Of a DNA stretch of 64,000 nt, positions 1-13,424 are shown piece after piece. Each line of letters opens with the position of its first letter. Positions within the stretch are counted from its first letter, which is position 1. Under the pieces are notes generated by a model. That model was not told where the DNA came from. It made no database searches and saw only the letters and a program-made list of their open reading frames with translations. Made by a program: the position numbers and the translations under genes. The stretch comes from Paramecium tetraurelia (taxonomy: Eukaryota), in contig CT868274.1 in assembly GCA_000165425.1 (NCBI GenBank), positions 124,001 through 188,000 on the forward strand, given 5' to 3'.

Positions 1-164
1 ATAATAGTGTGAGATCAGCCATTGGAGATTCCTAGGGTAATCCATATGAGAAATTATATCATTGGGCCAAAGACCTCAACCCATTAAATGAACCAGAGTT
101 CCATGAATAAGTTTTCAAGACAATTAAGACAATCAGAACTGCATCTCCACATGCTAAGTTATGA
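1..164 (+). CDS. 3' end of a peroxisomal acyl-CoA oxidase (partial, runs off window start)
   Basis: Frame 3 in the ciliate code reads NSVRSAIGDSQGNPYEKLYHWAKDLNPLN...SPHAKL*. This resembles the ACOX C-terminal motif (LNS.LG..DG.VYE.L..WAK.SPLN) and ends in the PTS1-type tripeptide AKL. TGA at 162-164. Confidence 0.75.
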
Positions 165-284
165 TTAAGATTAACAAATAATTAGATTCATTATTTATGT
201 TCTTTTTCATTATAGAGTATTTATGATGAAAGTAAGGGAAGGACCATCAATGAATGCTTTAATATTTATTATTATTAATTAAAA

Positions 285-2246
285 ATGGAAGGATATTTGA
301 AAAAATGGACTAACCTTTTTTCAAGATGGCAAGATCGTTATTTCATTCTGAATGAAGAAGTTCTTGTTTATTGCGATTCTCAAGGAGGCTAGATTAAAGG
401 ATAGGTGCATTTAAAAGTGGCGGCTTTGATTTTAGTGCCTGAAGACCCTTTAAGAATAATTATTAATACTGGAACGACAGAAATTCATTTGAGAGCAAGC
501 AATATAAATGAGAAGATCGATTGGATTAATGCATTGAAATAGGCATAGGACAAATGTTTGAGTCGTTAAAATGAAATAAAGTTTGAATAAAAGATACAAG
601 AATTGCTTACTGATGTTTGGTAAACTGGAGCTATATGTAAGATAGATAAATTATTGTAGTTGATGAAACTTTGAGTATGTTGATTCCTAAATTGGAAAAG
701 AACTCGCAAATTAAAGAAATGGCTGACAGATTAGAAAGCATAGGGAAAAATCTAAAAACGAAAATCACCTTATGTGCTCAAATTGTTGAAGAGGAAAAAC
801 AAAAGCTATCAAATATAGATAATGGAACTGTGTATGAGAGTTTTATTCATCAAAATTCAGCATAATCAGTATTACGAGAGGAGTCATTGAATCACTAGCA
901 TCATTAATCACACGGTCAATAATAATTAATGAGTGTATCTGAAATTGGTTAGCAAATAAGAGAGCATTAGCCTATAAAATATGTACTTAAAGAATTTGTT
1001 ATATTAGTTTTTAGAATAATCTCATCAATAATCCTGCGTTTCAGAAGAGTAAATTTACAAATCAGTCTAAAAGAGATAGATTACCTTATCGAAAGGACCC
1101 TAATGAAAAGATAAATGTTTGGTTATTGTGTAAGGAATTGATTGGAAAGGATTTAGGAAGATTTTCAGTGCCAAGTAATGGATTCATATTTACAAATAGT
1201 TATTTTGAATGAGCCATTGTCGATGTTATAAAGATTAGCAGAATAAATGGAATACTCTGAATCGTTGGAAGAGGCTGATAAGATTCAAGGAGATAGTGCA
1301 TTAAGAATGTGTTATATTATGGGTTTTGGTGTCTCACCCTATTCAGCAAATATAGGAAGAACAAAGAAACCTTTCAATCCTATTCTAGGAGAAACCTATG
1401 AAATTTAGACTCAGAATTGTAGGTTTATTAGTGAATAGGTTTCGCATCATCCTCCTATATCTGCAGGGTATGCAGAATCCAAAGCTTTTTAGTTTTGGGC
1501 GCACACAGATGTCCAAACAAAATTTAATGGCTTATGTTTCTAAGTGAATCCTGTTGGATTATTTAACGTCATTTTGAAATCATCAAATGATCATTATTAA
1601 TTTAATAGGTGCACAACAAAGGTTCAGAACATTTTATGGGGGTAATAATATTTGGATCATATGGGACAAATGAAATTTGTAAATCTGACGACTGGTGATA
1701 ATGGAGTGTTGGAGTTAATTGAAAAATCAGGAAAATCAGAGTCTGAGATGAGAGGGTATGTAAAAGATAAAAATGGAAATGAGAAATATAAGTTAAAAGG
1801 TTTTTGGAATGATCGTCTTATAGCTTATGATTCTTAAAGAGAGATCATAGTGTGGAAGAGACATCAATTACCTTAGGATTCAGATTGGTATTATAATTTT
1901 ACTGAATTCGCCATGTAACTTAATCATTTGACAATTGATATGATAAAAGTAATAAATATATGTCTAAATGACTTAGGATTTGCCATGTACTGATTGCAGA
2001 TTGAGACCAGATTAATTAGCATTTGAAAATGGATGGGTTGATTTGGCTTCAAGTGAGAAGCACAGGTTAGAGGAGAAGTAAAGAGCGCGTAGAAAGGCTA
2101 TGGCAGCAGCTAATTAAGTGCATGTTCCTATGTTCTTTGAAGAAATGATAGATCCTAAGACAAATTTGAAGTGGTATAAATATAAAGGGAATTACTTTTA
2201 ATAATAGTGGAAATAGGTGGGATCAGAATTGCTGGATTTGTTTTGA
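285..2246 (+). CDS. Oxysterol-binding protein (N-terminal PH domain + ORD domain), several short introns
   Basis: PH start MEGYLKKWTNLFSRWQDRYFIL. ORD signatures KPFNPILGETYE, EQVSHHPP, TDCRLRPD and EKHRLEEKQR. Short GT..AG introns near 637, 989, 1175 and 1949. Confidence 0.92.
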
Positions 2247-2339
2247 TTAATTTGAATAACAAAAATTAAGTTGTATTCTTCATTTAAAATATTGTTGTTA
2301 AAATACGAATTAAATTAAATATTTTAAGACATTTTAAAA

Positions 2340-4193
2340 ATGTTTAAAGACATTTCTTTTATGTTCCCTTTGTCCACAGTCAATTTAACTAATACTAGGA
2401 TAAGGACACTGTCTAGTTTAATAGAGTCTAATGGAGGTGAAATGAGACTAAGTCCAGATGCATTAATGATTGTTGGTTCTGATGCAACAGTAGAATTATG
2501 TCAGAAATAGTTTATCAAATTTAATCTTGATTTTGAATAATATCGGTACTAGTTCTTGAATGCTGATTGGGTCTCCTAATCGTTATTGCATAAAAAACTA
2601 CAGCAAAAGAAGAAGTTTTAATTGTTCCCGCAAGTAGAATTTCAACCTGTCTTAGAAGAAGTTCCAGAATTGACAACCAAATTAGTTTATGTAGAAGCTT
2701 TGGCTAAGACTGTGCCAGTGAGAGATGAAATGACTCAGTAAGATGATGGAGACACACATGTTTACAATATCAAGGATGTCGAGTTGAGAACGAATTATGA
2801 GAAAAGGATGGAGGAATTTAGGAGGGACATTGTTAAGGAGTATAGATAAATATTGGATTATGAGTACGATTATGATTTGGATAATTTCCATAATCAAATA
2901 GATGATGGTTATGAGTATTTGTTGGAGGATTTATCCATATTAAAAAAAGAAGAGCCATAAATACTTGAGTCTGAGAAATTTTATGGTGATGATGATTGTT
3001 TGATAACTGAGACTAGGAAAGTTTAATTTGATATTTTGGATGGGTTGGATCTAGGAAAATCAGTTGTTAATGTTGATTAACCAATATTGTCTGCTTAATT
3101 AAAAGAGACCAAATAATTTAATCCTGGATTAAAAAGAAAATAGTAGTTTTGGGAGGCTAAGAAGGGATATTTTGTTTGTGAAGCTGGTGCTGCTCATAAA
3201 TGTTAAAATAATGAGATTATTGAAGAATTGGAAAAATTGTTGAAAATATACACAAATGAAAAAAATAAAGGAAGATGTATAGCTTACAGGAAAGCTATTG
3301 GATTATTAAAAGCACTTCCATATCCAATCAAATCTAGTGATGATCTCAAGGATATGCCCACAATAGGAGATAAAATTAAGAAAGAAGATAATCGAAATTA
3401 TGTAAACAGGTAAATTGACTAAAGTATAAAAGCTGGAAGGATAAGAAAAAAATGTGGCAATAGGCTAACTAAGTAGAGTTTGGGGTATAGGACCTACGAC
3501 TGCTGCCACCTTCTATTTTAAAGGAATTAGAACTCTGGAGGATTTGAGAAAGAATAAACATTTACTAAATAGAAATCAATAAGTTGGTTTGCATTTGGTG
3601 GAAGATTTAGAATAGAGGATTCCAAGAGAAGAAGCTACCTTGATATATGAGATTGTGAAAGAGAGAAATCGATGATTTAAGTGGTGTGTAAGGATTGTAT
3701 AAGGCAACAGCTTGTGGATCTTATAGAAGAGAAAAGGAAACATGTGGAGATATGGATATTTTGATTACAAGGTGTGATGGGAAAAATGCTGATGATTTCC
3801 TATTAAACTTGATCACAAGATTGGAGGGGAAATTGTTAACTCATCATCTGACAATGCCAAAAAGAACTGAACAGGATTGTGAAACTTATATGGGGATTGG
3901 AAGAGTGTCTAATTAGGCTGTGCATCGAAGGATTGATCTGAAACTGTATCCAAAAGAACAGTATGGTTGTGCAGTTTTATATTTCACTGGGTCTGATCAT
4001 TACAATAGAAGCATGAGATTGTGGGCTCAAAAAAACGGATATACTTTGTAGTGATCATGGACTCTACCCTACTCAGAGAGGTGCTCATAATAAGAAGTTG
4101 TGGAAAGGAGAAGTAATACCATGTGAAGAAGAAATGGATGTGTATAAGATTTTAGGATTGAAATACAAACCTCCCAAGGAGAGATCGGTATGA
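2340..4193 (+). CDS. DNA polymerase X family (Pol lambda-like) with N-terminal BRCT domain; three apparent +1 frameshifts
   Basis: BRCT-like start (IESNGG...LNADWVSQSL), lyase domain (AYRKAIGLLKAL...IGDKIKK), HhH VWGIGPTTA, GSYRREKETCGDMDILIT, HRRIDL, LYFTGSDHYNRSMR and YKPPKER. Reading frame shifts by +1 at about 3381, 3659 and 4049. Confidence 0.93.
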
Positions 4194-4266
4194 TTAATTT
4201 TTATTTTGTTTTTTTATTAATTTACTCGAACAAGATAGAAAAATATACATCAAGTCAATCAAATAT

Positions 4267-5112
4267 TCAGCTATGTTGCCCTAGTTCGTATTCTATCTAT
4301 GAATTCAACCGATAGAGAGAGATTGGCAATAATTAATTGTAGCAATTCTCTGATTCTTCCGAAACTCCAACTCCCAATTTCTCTTCCTCGAAGAAAGTGT
4401 TAGTATCAATAATGGAGTATGATTTCTCATAATTTATTGGTCTCATTGCACTTTCGCTTGACATCTCTTCAATTTTAACGAGAGGAGTTGTTATTGTTTA
4501 ATGTTGTTGTTCTTTTTATGAGATTACTGAAAACACTGACACAAGGGTCAAGAGAAGCAAGACTTATTTTACCTAATCTCGATCCTCGACCTAATTGCTA
4601 CAGAATTGTTAGTTGATTTCTTATTTTAGAACTCTTATTCGTCAATTTTTGATGTTTTTCTTAAAGGTCTTCAAGTTATTTTCTCAAATCATTATTGTAG
4701 TCCAATTCTTTCTGTGCTTGTGATTCCAATTGATGTAAATATTGCTTTTTTCTGTCCCTTGAGTTTTAGGCACTTATCCTATTTCTTATCATCTATATAG
4801 TTTTCTTATCATTATCTCTCAATGGGTCATCATCTTCCTTCTTTCTTTTTATTTTCTTACTACTTGACACGATCTCTGGCTCTTCTTTATTCTTTCTCTA
4901 TTTAGCCTTCTCTCTTCTCATCGTTCGCTTCATCTTTTCAACAAGCTTTTAGAAATCTTAAAAAACATTAGATAACTTAACTTACTTTGAGGATTTGATT
5001 ACTACATCTCTAACAATCCCTTCTCGGATGTTTATAAGGTTTCACTCATATACTCAAACAACTCTTGTTAGCTAGTGCTCATTCCAGAAAGATTTATATT
5101 ATTTTATTACAT
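4267..5112 (-). CDS. bZIP transcription factor, probably with a downstream hydrophobic segment (frame discontinuity near 4560)
   Basis: Basic region MIRNRISAQNSRDRKKQYLHQLE followed by heptad-like leucines. One intron near 4957-4985. The bZIP frame stops at 4469, while the +1 frame stays open to TGA at 4267. Confidence 0.8.
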
Positions 5113-5746
5113 TAAAAAACGATTAATTTTCTTCGCTAAATACACCAACTTCGTGAAATAACTGCAATCTAATATAATTGAATCACATTTATAAATCCAA
5201 ATTTTATATCATTAATACACCAGCATCTTAATCACCTCCTTTTTAACTGTATTTCTCAAAAGTAATCATCCTATTAAAAATATCATTTCTTCACTAAATA
5301 TCGTTTTTAAATTATTATTTACTAAATTTCTAAATAAAACTTATTACACGTTCTAATTATGTAAATTGAATAATATATATAACAACTTAAGTAACTGAAA
5401 ATAATATGCTATAAAATAACAAATTATTATTATTGGAACAAAATGAACACTACTTGATATTCTTTGTATGATACATGGGATTCACTAAGAAATTATTACA
5501 AATCACACAAGATAATGATGAGAACTATATCTCAATAGAGGTAGGATCAAAATAGAAGGTAACTACTTCTGGTATGTTGAGTGATAGGAGTGATATTTTG
5601 AAGATAACTAGTCATATTGGTGATAAAACTGGGGATCTTAGGTTTTAGATTGTTTTTTTAGGCTTTCTGATTTTTTGATAATGGTATTGGAACTGATGAA
5701 ATATAAATTTTTGATCGTTTTTCAATTATTAATATATAATATATTC

Positions 5747-6574
5747 ATGAGGACACTAATTCTCACAGTGCTAATTTGCTTTGGTGCTTCACAAATGTTG
5801 AGAGGTACACCCAAAGCCTTGATTGAAGAAGAACAAGGTAAATGAGATGATTTAGAGAAGCAATCTTCGAGGCCGAATAGGAAGATTAAAGTTTTTATGT
5901 AGGGAGAGATGATGTTTCAGCTGAAACCCTGTAAGGAGATTAAAATTAAGAGGTCGAAGCTAGTTTGGCAGTGTTTAAGAGTGACGATACTCCAATGGTT
6001 TATGTGGAGGAATCGACTGATTCAAGTATTGAATAGAGTTAATTAAAAGCCCAACTAGATGGTGTTGAGTAGTAGGAATCTTTGAAGATAGAGAAGATTG
6101 AAGATTAGGTGCAGTAAGAATATCATCGATAATAAAGAGCTGAAGACTTGCAAGAAGCAACGACTGAGTCAGCAAATTATGTCGATAAAGCTATATCTTT
6201 GGAGGGAGACACTGAAGCAGAACCAATTTAGAATTCTTCGACTGATGTGGTGTTGAATATTGCACCAAAGACTGAATCTCTCAGTAGTTCTGAGAGTACC
6301 AAGAAGCATGTTTATGTTTACAATCGTAAATGGATTTTCGAATACTTTATTTAGCTTTGGCCAAGAAGCCTTTTGTTGGCATCAAGTTCCCACCAATGCC
6401 AGTCACCAAGGATCGTAACTACTTGTCCAATTCTGATACTTTAACTATCAAGTTGCCACCATGGTCAGAACAAAGCAACCACAGAGTAGAGGATGACTTA
6501 GAGTTCTTCCAGTTCATTAGACGTATTAAACTATTGAGTATGTAGCATCTGATGTATCAGTTAATGAATATTGA
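5747..6574 (+). CDS. Acidic secreted protein of unknown function (3' end uncertain)
   Basis: Signal-peptide-like start MRTLILTVLICFGASQ, E/D/Q-rich open frame, short introns near 5838 and 6326. Confidence 0.55.
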
Positions 6575-6641
6575 TCTAATATTATTATATATTTCATTCT
6601 TTTTTACAAGTTAAGCATAACAATAGTTATAATAATTAAAA

Positions 6642-9600
6642 ATGCAACAAGAGGACAAGAAGAAAGCAGACTCTGGGAAACTGGAGACAATTGTAAGAAT
6701 GCCCATTTAACTTAGAAAATTATGAACGGATTTACTGACAAGGAATGGAGCAATTTGGATAAAATAGAAAGAATTGAACTAACCCTGGAGGACTTTGGGA
6801 GAATGAATGTAATTTAGATGTTCAAAAACTTGAAGTCCTTGACCTTAATTAATGTTGGCATCACTGTTATTGAAGTATTCACTCATTTATTTAACTAGGG
6901 ATTAGATGATTTAAATAAATTGGAAGAATTAAATTTGAATGAGAATTAGATACTCAAATTGTCTGGTTTGAAAGGAACAACCAATTTAAGAGCCCTTTAC
7001 ATATCTCATAATGCCATCCAGAAGTTGGAGGGATTGGAGCAATTGACCAAATTGGAAACATTGTGGCTTTGCGATAATAAAATAGATACCATTTAAAACC
7101 TGGATTAACTAGTCAATCTAAAGCAACTTTGGTTGGCAGCCAATTCCATCAGCAACTTAAGAACCTCTTTGGATAAATTGAAGAGCTTATATGATTTAAA
7201 CATAAGTGGCAATAAAATATGCAGTTTCAAAGAAGCCTTGAATTTGAATCGTTTACCCAATCTCAAAGTGTTGGCATTTTATGATCCCCACTTCGGTGAT
7301 AATCCTATATGTAACCTATGCAATTACCAAACCTATGTACTCTACCATCTAAGAAACATCTTTAAATTAGACACTCTTATGATTTCAGACGATCAAAAAT
7401 CCTTTGCTGAAGGCACCTTCATGAAAAAGAAAATGTATTATAATATGAGAATAAAAACAATGCAGAGAACCTTTTCGACCTTATGTAAGTTATTGAAAAA
7501 AGGCAAAAAAATAAAGAATGATTCATTGTGTGAAGACATTTCTAATTTAAACATCAAATTAGCTCAGGAATAGGACAAAGAGAGATAGCAACTTTTAGAA
7601 AATAAATAAGAGGAGTATGAGAATCAAAATGAAATTTACAATAGCATTAAAAAAAAAGTGTATGATTATTGCAATCAAAGCATACATAAACTAATTACTG
7701 AATTAGAAACAGGAGGCAATATTAGATTGGAAGAAGGAAAAACAAATGAAAAATGGTATGGTTCTTGTGTTGATCTAATCAATTCAAGATTCCATGCAGA
7801 AACTATGGGCAAGTATGGCATCAAAGATATACAAATAAAAAGAGTTGTTAGAATCCACAATAAATTCATAAGAAATAAATTCGAAGAAAAAATGGAATCA
7901 TTGGTTGATGTTTCAAGTCAAAGTCACAAGAAATCCCTTGAGTATTTATTCTATGGAGTCGATCCTAACTTTCCCTCTGAAATCTACAATGTAATCGAAG
8001 AGGGATTTAGAGGATGTCAAGTAAAGAATTTTAATATCTCAAGGAATCTCAATCTATAGGATTAAGTCCATACACACCCTTGGTAAATAGTATATTGGGT
8101 GCTGATGCCTCCAGAATTCAACATCTTTTGAATGGGTAAGATCATGCTCAAAAATTAAGCAAAAGATTTATCAAAAGAAGGTATATTTGAATTAATCATA
8201 GATTGTACTATTAAAAATACAATGTAATTCCACCTGGAGTAATCCTCATATGCAAAGTCTTAATGATTAAGTCAGTTGCTGATTAAAAACAACCCTATTT
8301 CAATCCAGAATAACCATGGAGTGAGATGCTCCAAAAATATCCCATAGATGGCAAATAATACTAGGATGAATACACAGTCTATAGAGAGTTGGAATCTGAT
8401 TCAAAACATAAATTATGGTTTGTTCTAGATAATAATCTTGTACTGCCTGAATACTTTGCTGAATTCGAGTATGTTATGTAATCTCCACTTTAAAATAAAA
8501 TTGCCGACTTTGGATCTGCCTTAGGGATTCTTGAGCAAGAGGGAGACGATTTCATTACTCCTGCCAATATTAATAAATGCAGAGACAACATAAATGATTT
8601 ATACAATCAGTTGGCTGATGATTTGAATAGTTATCAATTTGAGAATCTGGAGGAATATCCCACTTATGAATTGAAAGCCTAAGATTTAGACAGATCAGAA
8701 AGTGCATCCCTTAAGCCTGCTTTAGTCAATTACTTCAAATACTGTTTAAGCAGATCGACTCTTTATGAACTAAACCCTAATTTGGTTGGCACACCAAATT
8801 TAAATGAAATATTGAAGAATCAAACTCTATTCTTGAATTTAAGTAATTGTTCTGTTTAAGATATAACATTTGTCAAGGGGCAATTTCACACTCTCATTCT
8901 TAGTTACAATAAGATAAGCAATATTACAGGTTTGAACGAATTGCCAAATCTAACTAGACTTGATTTATCACATAATGAAATATCCAATCTTAACGGTTTA
9001 CAAGGCCTAAGTCATTTAGAAGTTTTAGATCTGACTCATAATAATATACAGGATGTGGATTAAATTGCAATTCTTAAATACAATCAATCATTGAAAAATC
9101 TATGTGTAGTATTTAATCCAATTAGTGAATACAAAGAAACCAGAAAGGAAATAGTTATGATCCTCAATAATTTGGCATTCTTGGATCATCTGCCCATCAA
9201 TGAAGAAGATAGGGAACCAACAACAAATTAGAAATAATTAATTACTACAGGGATGTTGCAAACATTCAGTAAAGTTTAACATGATTGGAAATAACACATC
9301 TAAACAGTTATGATTACACATCAAAAGTTGAGTAGTATGAAAGGTTTGGAAGGCTTGGTTCAATTGAGACATTTGAATCTGGGGCATAATAAGATCACTT
9401 AAATTACATCAATTTAGGATTCAGTCTTGCTGGAAGAACTTAATCTAGAAAAAAACTCTATTATTCAAATTTAAGAATTGGATAACATGTAATACTTAAA
9501 GAAATTGGAATTGGGAGGGAATAAGATATTCTAGATAGATGGCATATCTAATTTAATCAATCTAATGCAATTGTCTCTTGAAGATAATGCGATTCTTAAT

Positions 9601-10788
9601 CTAAAAGAATTTCCAGATTTGAAGAGCTTAATGGAGATATATTTAGGAAACAATAATATTACGAATTAAAAAGAAATCAATAATATAAAACATCTACAAA
9701 AACTTATTATTTTAGATTTATCTGGAAATCCATTTGCAAGAGACACTAATTATAGATCCTATGTACTTTATATCATTCCAAAGTTAAAGGTCTTAGATGG
9801 AATCTCTATTGAGGCCTCTGAATAACAGATGGCTAAAAATTTGTTTACTGGTCGTCTGACTGAAGAGATTCTATTCTCTAGACTTCAAGGTTAGCCTGCT
9901 AATAAGATCACTGAACTTTGCTTATAGAATTGTGAATTGAGAGATTTCGAAGATGTGTTCAATGTTCAACAATTCCCTTAGTTGGTTGAATTGGATTTAA
10001 GTTAAAATTTATTTACTTCTACTAAAATGCTTGGGTTTTTGCCTCAATTAAAAATTTTAATATTAACTTCTAATAAAATAGAAACTCTGTTATATCCAAC
10101 TGATTTTAACTAAAAAAAGGGATTGAATGGATGTCAGTAATTGCAGATTTTGGATATTTCATAGAATTGTTTGAAAGAATTTAATGGATTGCAATATTGT
10201 TTATTGAAGGATTTAAAAATAATGAAATGTGAAAAAAATGAAATTATTCGAGTTGACTATTTGGAAAATTTGAAATAATTAAAGGAGCTAGATTTAAATT
10301 ATAATAAAGTAAGATAATTTGATCCTTAATCATTTGCTGGACAAAATCCTATTAAATGTTTAAAAATAGATGGAAACGGATTGAAGAATTTCTAAAACAT
10401 ATAAAAACTATTTAAATTACTTGTACAAATTTATACATATTGTAGCATCTATTCGCTAATTCAAATAGGATTAATGACCTGCCTGATATCGAACATTTAT
10501 GTGCTCTAACTCAACTTAAAGAATTGGAACTTGTAGGAAATTCTTTGAGTAGAAGACCAGGATATCGATAAATGGTTTTAAGAAAGTTGCCAACCATATT
10601 ATATCTCGATGGAAGAGTAAAATAACGCATGAATATTATTATAGGAAGTAACACAGGAGGAGAGAGAAAGACTAGAACTAGTTGATAGACAGGCTGTACT
10701 ACCTCAAATGTAGATTTAATAATAACCAAACACTAAAGTGCCAGTCAAATTAAGTTCAATCAACTTTGATGGGATTTTCAGCAAATGA
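6642..10788 (+). CDS. LRRC9-like leucine-rich repeat protein with central PARP/ADP-ribosyltransferase-like region
   Basis: Many SDS22-type LRRs (LEELNLNENQILKLSGL, LETLWLCDNKIDTIQNL) with LRRcap motifs (NPIC..YQTYVLYHLRNIFKLD, NPFARDTNYRSYVLYIIPKLKVLDG). Central segment RVVRIHN...YLFYG...IEEGF...LICKV...LPEY. About 6 short introns. Confidence 0.8.
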
Positions 10789-11394
10789 AATATAAAAATT
10801 TATAATTTTAATGAGAATAATAACTAACCAATATATTCAAAGTTATTGAGCATATTAAATTGATTTTATTAAAATTTAATTTATGATATACCAAATTGCT
10901 CAAAGATCATAAATCAAAGTAAATTGGATTAAATAAAATGCAAAGTCATTTGATAAATATTTCTGAATATTGATTTGGTTCATCAAGCTTTCATTTATTA
11001 TTTTGTAAATTGAATTGAACAATTAATAATTATAAGAGTTCTAATATATTTTGAGTTGCAGATTCATATGAACGTATCAGGCTAGACTGCTATCTAATTA
11101 TATGAAATAATTTTTAATTTTCTTTGGGATCTGTTAAGAAATAAATTAGAATTCGAAATATTTTGAAAATGCAACTTTAATTATTTATGTGCAATAAGTA
11201 TTTGAGTTTTATTGTGTTTAAATATATTATTAATATTCTATATATTTATTGAAAGAGGAGTCTAACTTAAATGAAGACTATTATAAAACCAGTAAACATT
11301 ATTATAATAATTGATTATCAATTTAAAGAAGAATTGAGGTGGATTGGAAATTTGAAAACTAATAATTGGTTTAATCATATTATATTTTCAAACT

Positions 11395-12492
11395 ATGTCT
11401 GCGAGTTCTAAAAGTGACGATGAATTCTTCTTTTTTCACAAATATAAGTAGATTCTGGTATCGTTCAGTTACTGTGCACCCTTATTTAGTTGGTATGTTA
11501 TAGATGATTTCAAAGATAATTATTTTTTATTTTTAACAAGGAAATATCCTCTTACTAAGTGATGTTTTAAGAATTCCTCGATGGATTAGGAAGCCTGAAG
11601 CATAAACCTGTTGCCTTGAAGCAAGTGAAAAAGATTTTAAAGATCGAAGAAAAAAGTTTACCTAAAAACATAACAAATTACTTTGTAGAATTTACTAAAC
11701 ATACTTCGCATAAGTGGTAACGAAAGGATAAAATGATTTTTATATGGACAACTCTAAAATATTTAGAGAAACAGGGTCGTACAGACTTAAAACCCGTATG
11801 AAATTATGTTTAAATTGATTAGAACGATGACGATTGGATAGCACTATCAGAAATCCTTGGGGCACCTCCTGAACTGTTGAATTCGAAATGGATAGGAATG
11901 TTAAAAACCGATTTGAAACAGTCTCCATGGACTCCTGAAGAGGATGATCTTCTCAGAAAAGTGATGACGCAAAAATTTATTTCTTGGACCCATGTTGCTT
12001 TGGAGTATAACCGTGCAAGTCCAATTATGAGACATGCAAAATAAGTGAGGGAACGTTGGAATAATTACCTGGACCCTGAGTTAAATAAATTCCCATGGAC
12101 TGAATCAGAATAAATCCAACTCCTGCAGTTAGTTTAAAATCAAGGAAAAAAGTGGTCTGTGATTTCGAAATAAATTAAAGGAAGAACTGAAAACTAAGTC
12201 AAAAACGCTTACAATTCCTTGATAAATTCTTACAGAAGGAATCATGTACCCTTTTTTCCTTAAAAAATATTAGATGTAAACCCTCGACTCAGACGAGACC
12301 ATTGTTTCTAAATTATTATCCAAACTAGATCCCCCACTCTTACAAGCCAATGCAAGCACTCCCATGATTTAACCGATGCCCCCTCTTCAACAACAATTAC
12401 TTATGTAGGCTTTGCTTTTCGAAAGATTGAAAAGCATGGCCTTTTTTGCTCAATTACCAGGTTTTCTGGCAGCCCAACAATAGCAAAGTTGA
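11395..12492 (+). CDS. Myb-repeat transcription factor
   Basis: PWTPEEDDLL...SWTHVA...KQVRERWNNYLDPELNKFPWTESEQ...GKKWSVISKQIKGRTENQVKN, with a Q/P-rich tail ending AAQQQQS*. The 5' exon structure is uncertain. Confidence 0.85.
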
Positions 12493-13424
12493 TATTTATT
12501 TATTGTATATGCACGTCATTATTATTAATATTCATTCATTATGGACTCCACCCTACTTCAATTCACTACAATTACCTCGATGTATCACCTCCTTCCAAAG
12601 TATAGTAAACTTTTCTTATTTCAATATTATTCAAACTCATGCACATAGAATATGAACGCATAGATGTTGAGTCTCTCGTAATTACGGTTGTATTCTATCA
12701 ATATTAATTGCCAATTTCTAGATCTTACTTCCTAAACGAAGTTTAGTAATAAATATCAGGATTTCTATAGGCTAGTGTTAATGCTTAAAAAAAATATTAA
12801 ACCTTGTTAATTCTATAAATTCTTTAACAATAAACTTATGAATCACTAAAAAATTTCAAAAAGATTTCATTAGCAAAGCTGATTTAAATTATAGTATAAG
12901 ATACTAAAATGATGATATAATTCAAATTAATTATATAAAAATTTAATATTTCCAATAGCAAAATGAATGAAAAACCTCAATTTTAATCAATAACAAAATC
13001 ATATATCAATTTAGGCTTTAAAATTATTAATTATTGAGTAACAGTTCTTTACATTTATGGACATCGCTAATTTCAAGACAATTATCTTCGAAGCTAAGAA
13101 ATTATAGAGCATAAGAAAATAGAAAAATATTTATAGACTCAGATAGAAAGTCTTTAAATAGGAATTTTAATATAGCTAAATTATATTAACCTTATATCTC
13201 TTCATTTTTATGTTAAATTATTAAGTCTTTACAATTTCTTTTTGATATTCAATTATAAATAGCATAAATAGACTAATCAAAATGAAGCAACTTCAAAATC
13301 AATTGGATTTTTGTATTTTGTTTAAATAGAGCTGCTTGATGTTAGTTTAGGCTGGACTTCTAAACTCTAATTTCTCAAATGATTATATATATTAAAATAT
13401 TAATGTGCGATTTTGAATTAATTT

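Noticed and set aside
2340..2402. Apparent fourth frameshift at the PolX N-terminus
   Set aside because: Recounting shows ATG 2340 reads in frame (MFKDISFMFPLSTVNLTNTRIRTL).
5475..5680. Short ATG-led ORF of about 67 aa
   Set aside because: No recognisable motif or intron, and ORFs this long arise by chance when only TGA is a stop.
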